Source of the DNA: a virus
Length of the DNA: 64,000 bases
Virus record (IMG/VR): IMGVR_UViG_3300031825_000353
Direction: 5' to 3' (one strand)
Positions 63,176 to 64,000 of the stretch are shown in pieces. Every line of letters starts with the position of its first letter. Position 1 is the stretch's first letter. The notes below the pieces were generated by a model, which saw only the letters and a list, made by a program, of their open reading frames with translations, was not told where the DNA came from and did no database searches. A program made the position numbers and the translations under genes.

Positions 63176-64000
63176 CAGGGGTTCCCTCCGGAGGTGTCCT
63201 CGGTGTCGCCATCGGGGGCAGGTTTGGCTGGGGCAGCGGGCTTGGCGGTGGGATCGGCGTTGGCGAAGGGCTCGGGCTTCAGGTCCGTGATCAGACCGTC
63301 GGCCTTGCGCATCCGGACCTCGCGGGCCAGGCGCTCGTGGTTGGACTCGAAGTCGCCACCTGTCAGGCGCATCGTCTGTTCGGCGTGGGTGGTCAAGCCG
63401 TAGTCGAGCAGATCCTTGGCGAACTGGGCCTCGCGGGCGGGATCGAGGATGGGCGGCGCGTCGCCGACCCAGCGGGCGTTGCAGTAGGCAGCCCGCAACA
63501 TGGGGTTGGCGAAGTACCCAGGCGCCTTCACCTTGCCGGAGGACACGGCCTCATCCATCCAGGCTTCGAACAGGGGCTGGCAGAAATCGGGTGCGAGCAG
63601 GTTCTCCCTCTCCATGTTCACGAACTTCCACCACTGGAGGAGGGCGCCCTTGGCGGCGGTGTAGCTGCTGCTGAACTTCTTGAGGAGCACCTCGGGGGGC
63701 ATGCCGATCCGCATGGACAGCTGGCCGATGAGGCTCTGCCAGAAGGGATCGAAGGCCCCGTTGGGGCGGTTCGGCATCACATTCTGGATTTCCTCACCGG
63801 GGTTCAGCTCGGCGACGGTGGCCGGGCCCCATTCGGTGACAGGCTTGCCCTCGGTATCCTTGGTGACGGATCCACCGAGGGGGCCCTTGCCGGAGCCCGG
63901 GGCCTTCTTGATCACCACGGCGATGAAGCTGCTGACGACGGATGCCGCCAGTTCGTTCTCGGTGAGCTGGGAGAGCGACTTCAGGGTCTTGATGATCGGC
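63175..64000 (-). CDS. Portal protein, 3' part (copy 2, 5' end beyond window)
   Basis: Identical translation to the C-terminal half of 19788..21452. Confidence 0.9.
   Translation of the reverse strand, partial: PIIKTLKSLSQLTENELAASVVSSFIAVVIKKAPGSGKGPLGGSVTKDTEGKPVTEWGPATVAELNPGEEIQNVMPNRPNGAFDPFWQSLIGQLSMRIGMPPEVLLKKFSSSYTAAKGALLQWWKFVNMERENLLAPDFCQPLFEAWMDEAVSSGKVKAPGYFANPMLRAAYCNARWVGDAPPILDPAREAQFAKDLLDYGLTTHAEQTMRLTGGDFESNHERLAREVRMRKADGLITDLKPEPFANADPTAKPAAPAKPAPDGDTEDTSGGNP

Larger units (their letters stand above)
43388..64000. repeat. Second tandem copy of positions 1-20613 (period 43,387 bp)
   Basis: Every ORF in 1-20613 recurs at +43387 with the same translation (e.g. 4315..6939 and 47702..50326). 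Confidence 0.99.

Overview
The window is about 1.47 tandem copies of one 43,387-bp temperate siphophage genome: positions 1-20613 recur at 43388-64000, with identical translations in the ORF track. Nearly all genes are on the minus strand. The genome has a lambda-like packaging and head module (Nu1-like TerS, GpA-type TerL, gpW, portal, S49 protease/scaffold, cos-like site) but a Mu gpT-family capsid. It also has a long non-contractile tail with a D3112-like tip, a GH19 endolysin/holin/spanin-like lysis block, an initiator plus DnaC-like loader, a C5 methyltransferase, and a CI/Ner/CII/antirepressor switch. The integrase sits beside an attP whose core is the 3' half of tRNA-Thr(CGT). The standout feature is at about 28750-31500, in the early region: six complete integron-type attC sites and one half site delimit seven gene cassettes. 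All seven ORFs, one of them an RNA ligase, run antisense to the attC orientation, and four start inside the attC loop. No IntI is recognisable, but a second, atypical tyrosine recombinase lies 3.2 kb away beside cos. Other candidates are a 26-bp motif shared by two late modules, two structured non-coding leaders, a split tail-tip gene with an in-frame TGA, and a spanin-like protein ending in beta-barrel-like strands. All calls come from manual reading; no database searches or folding programs were run.
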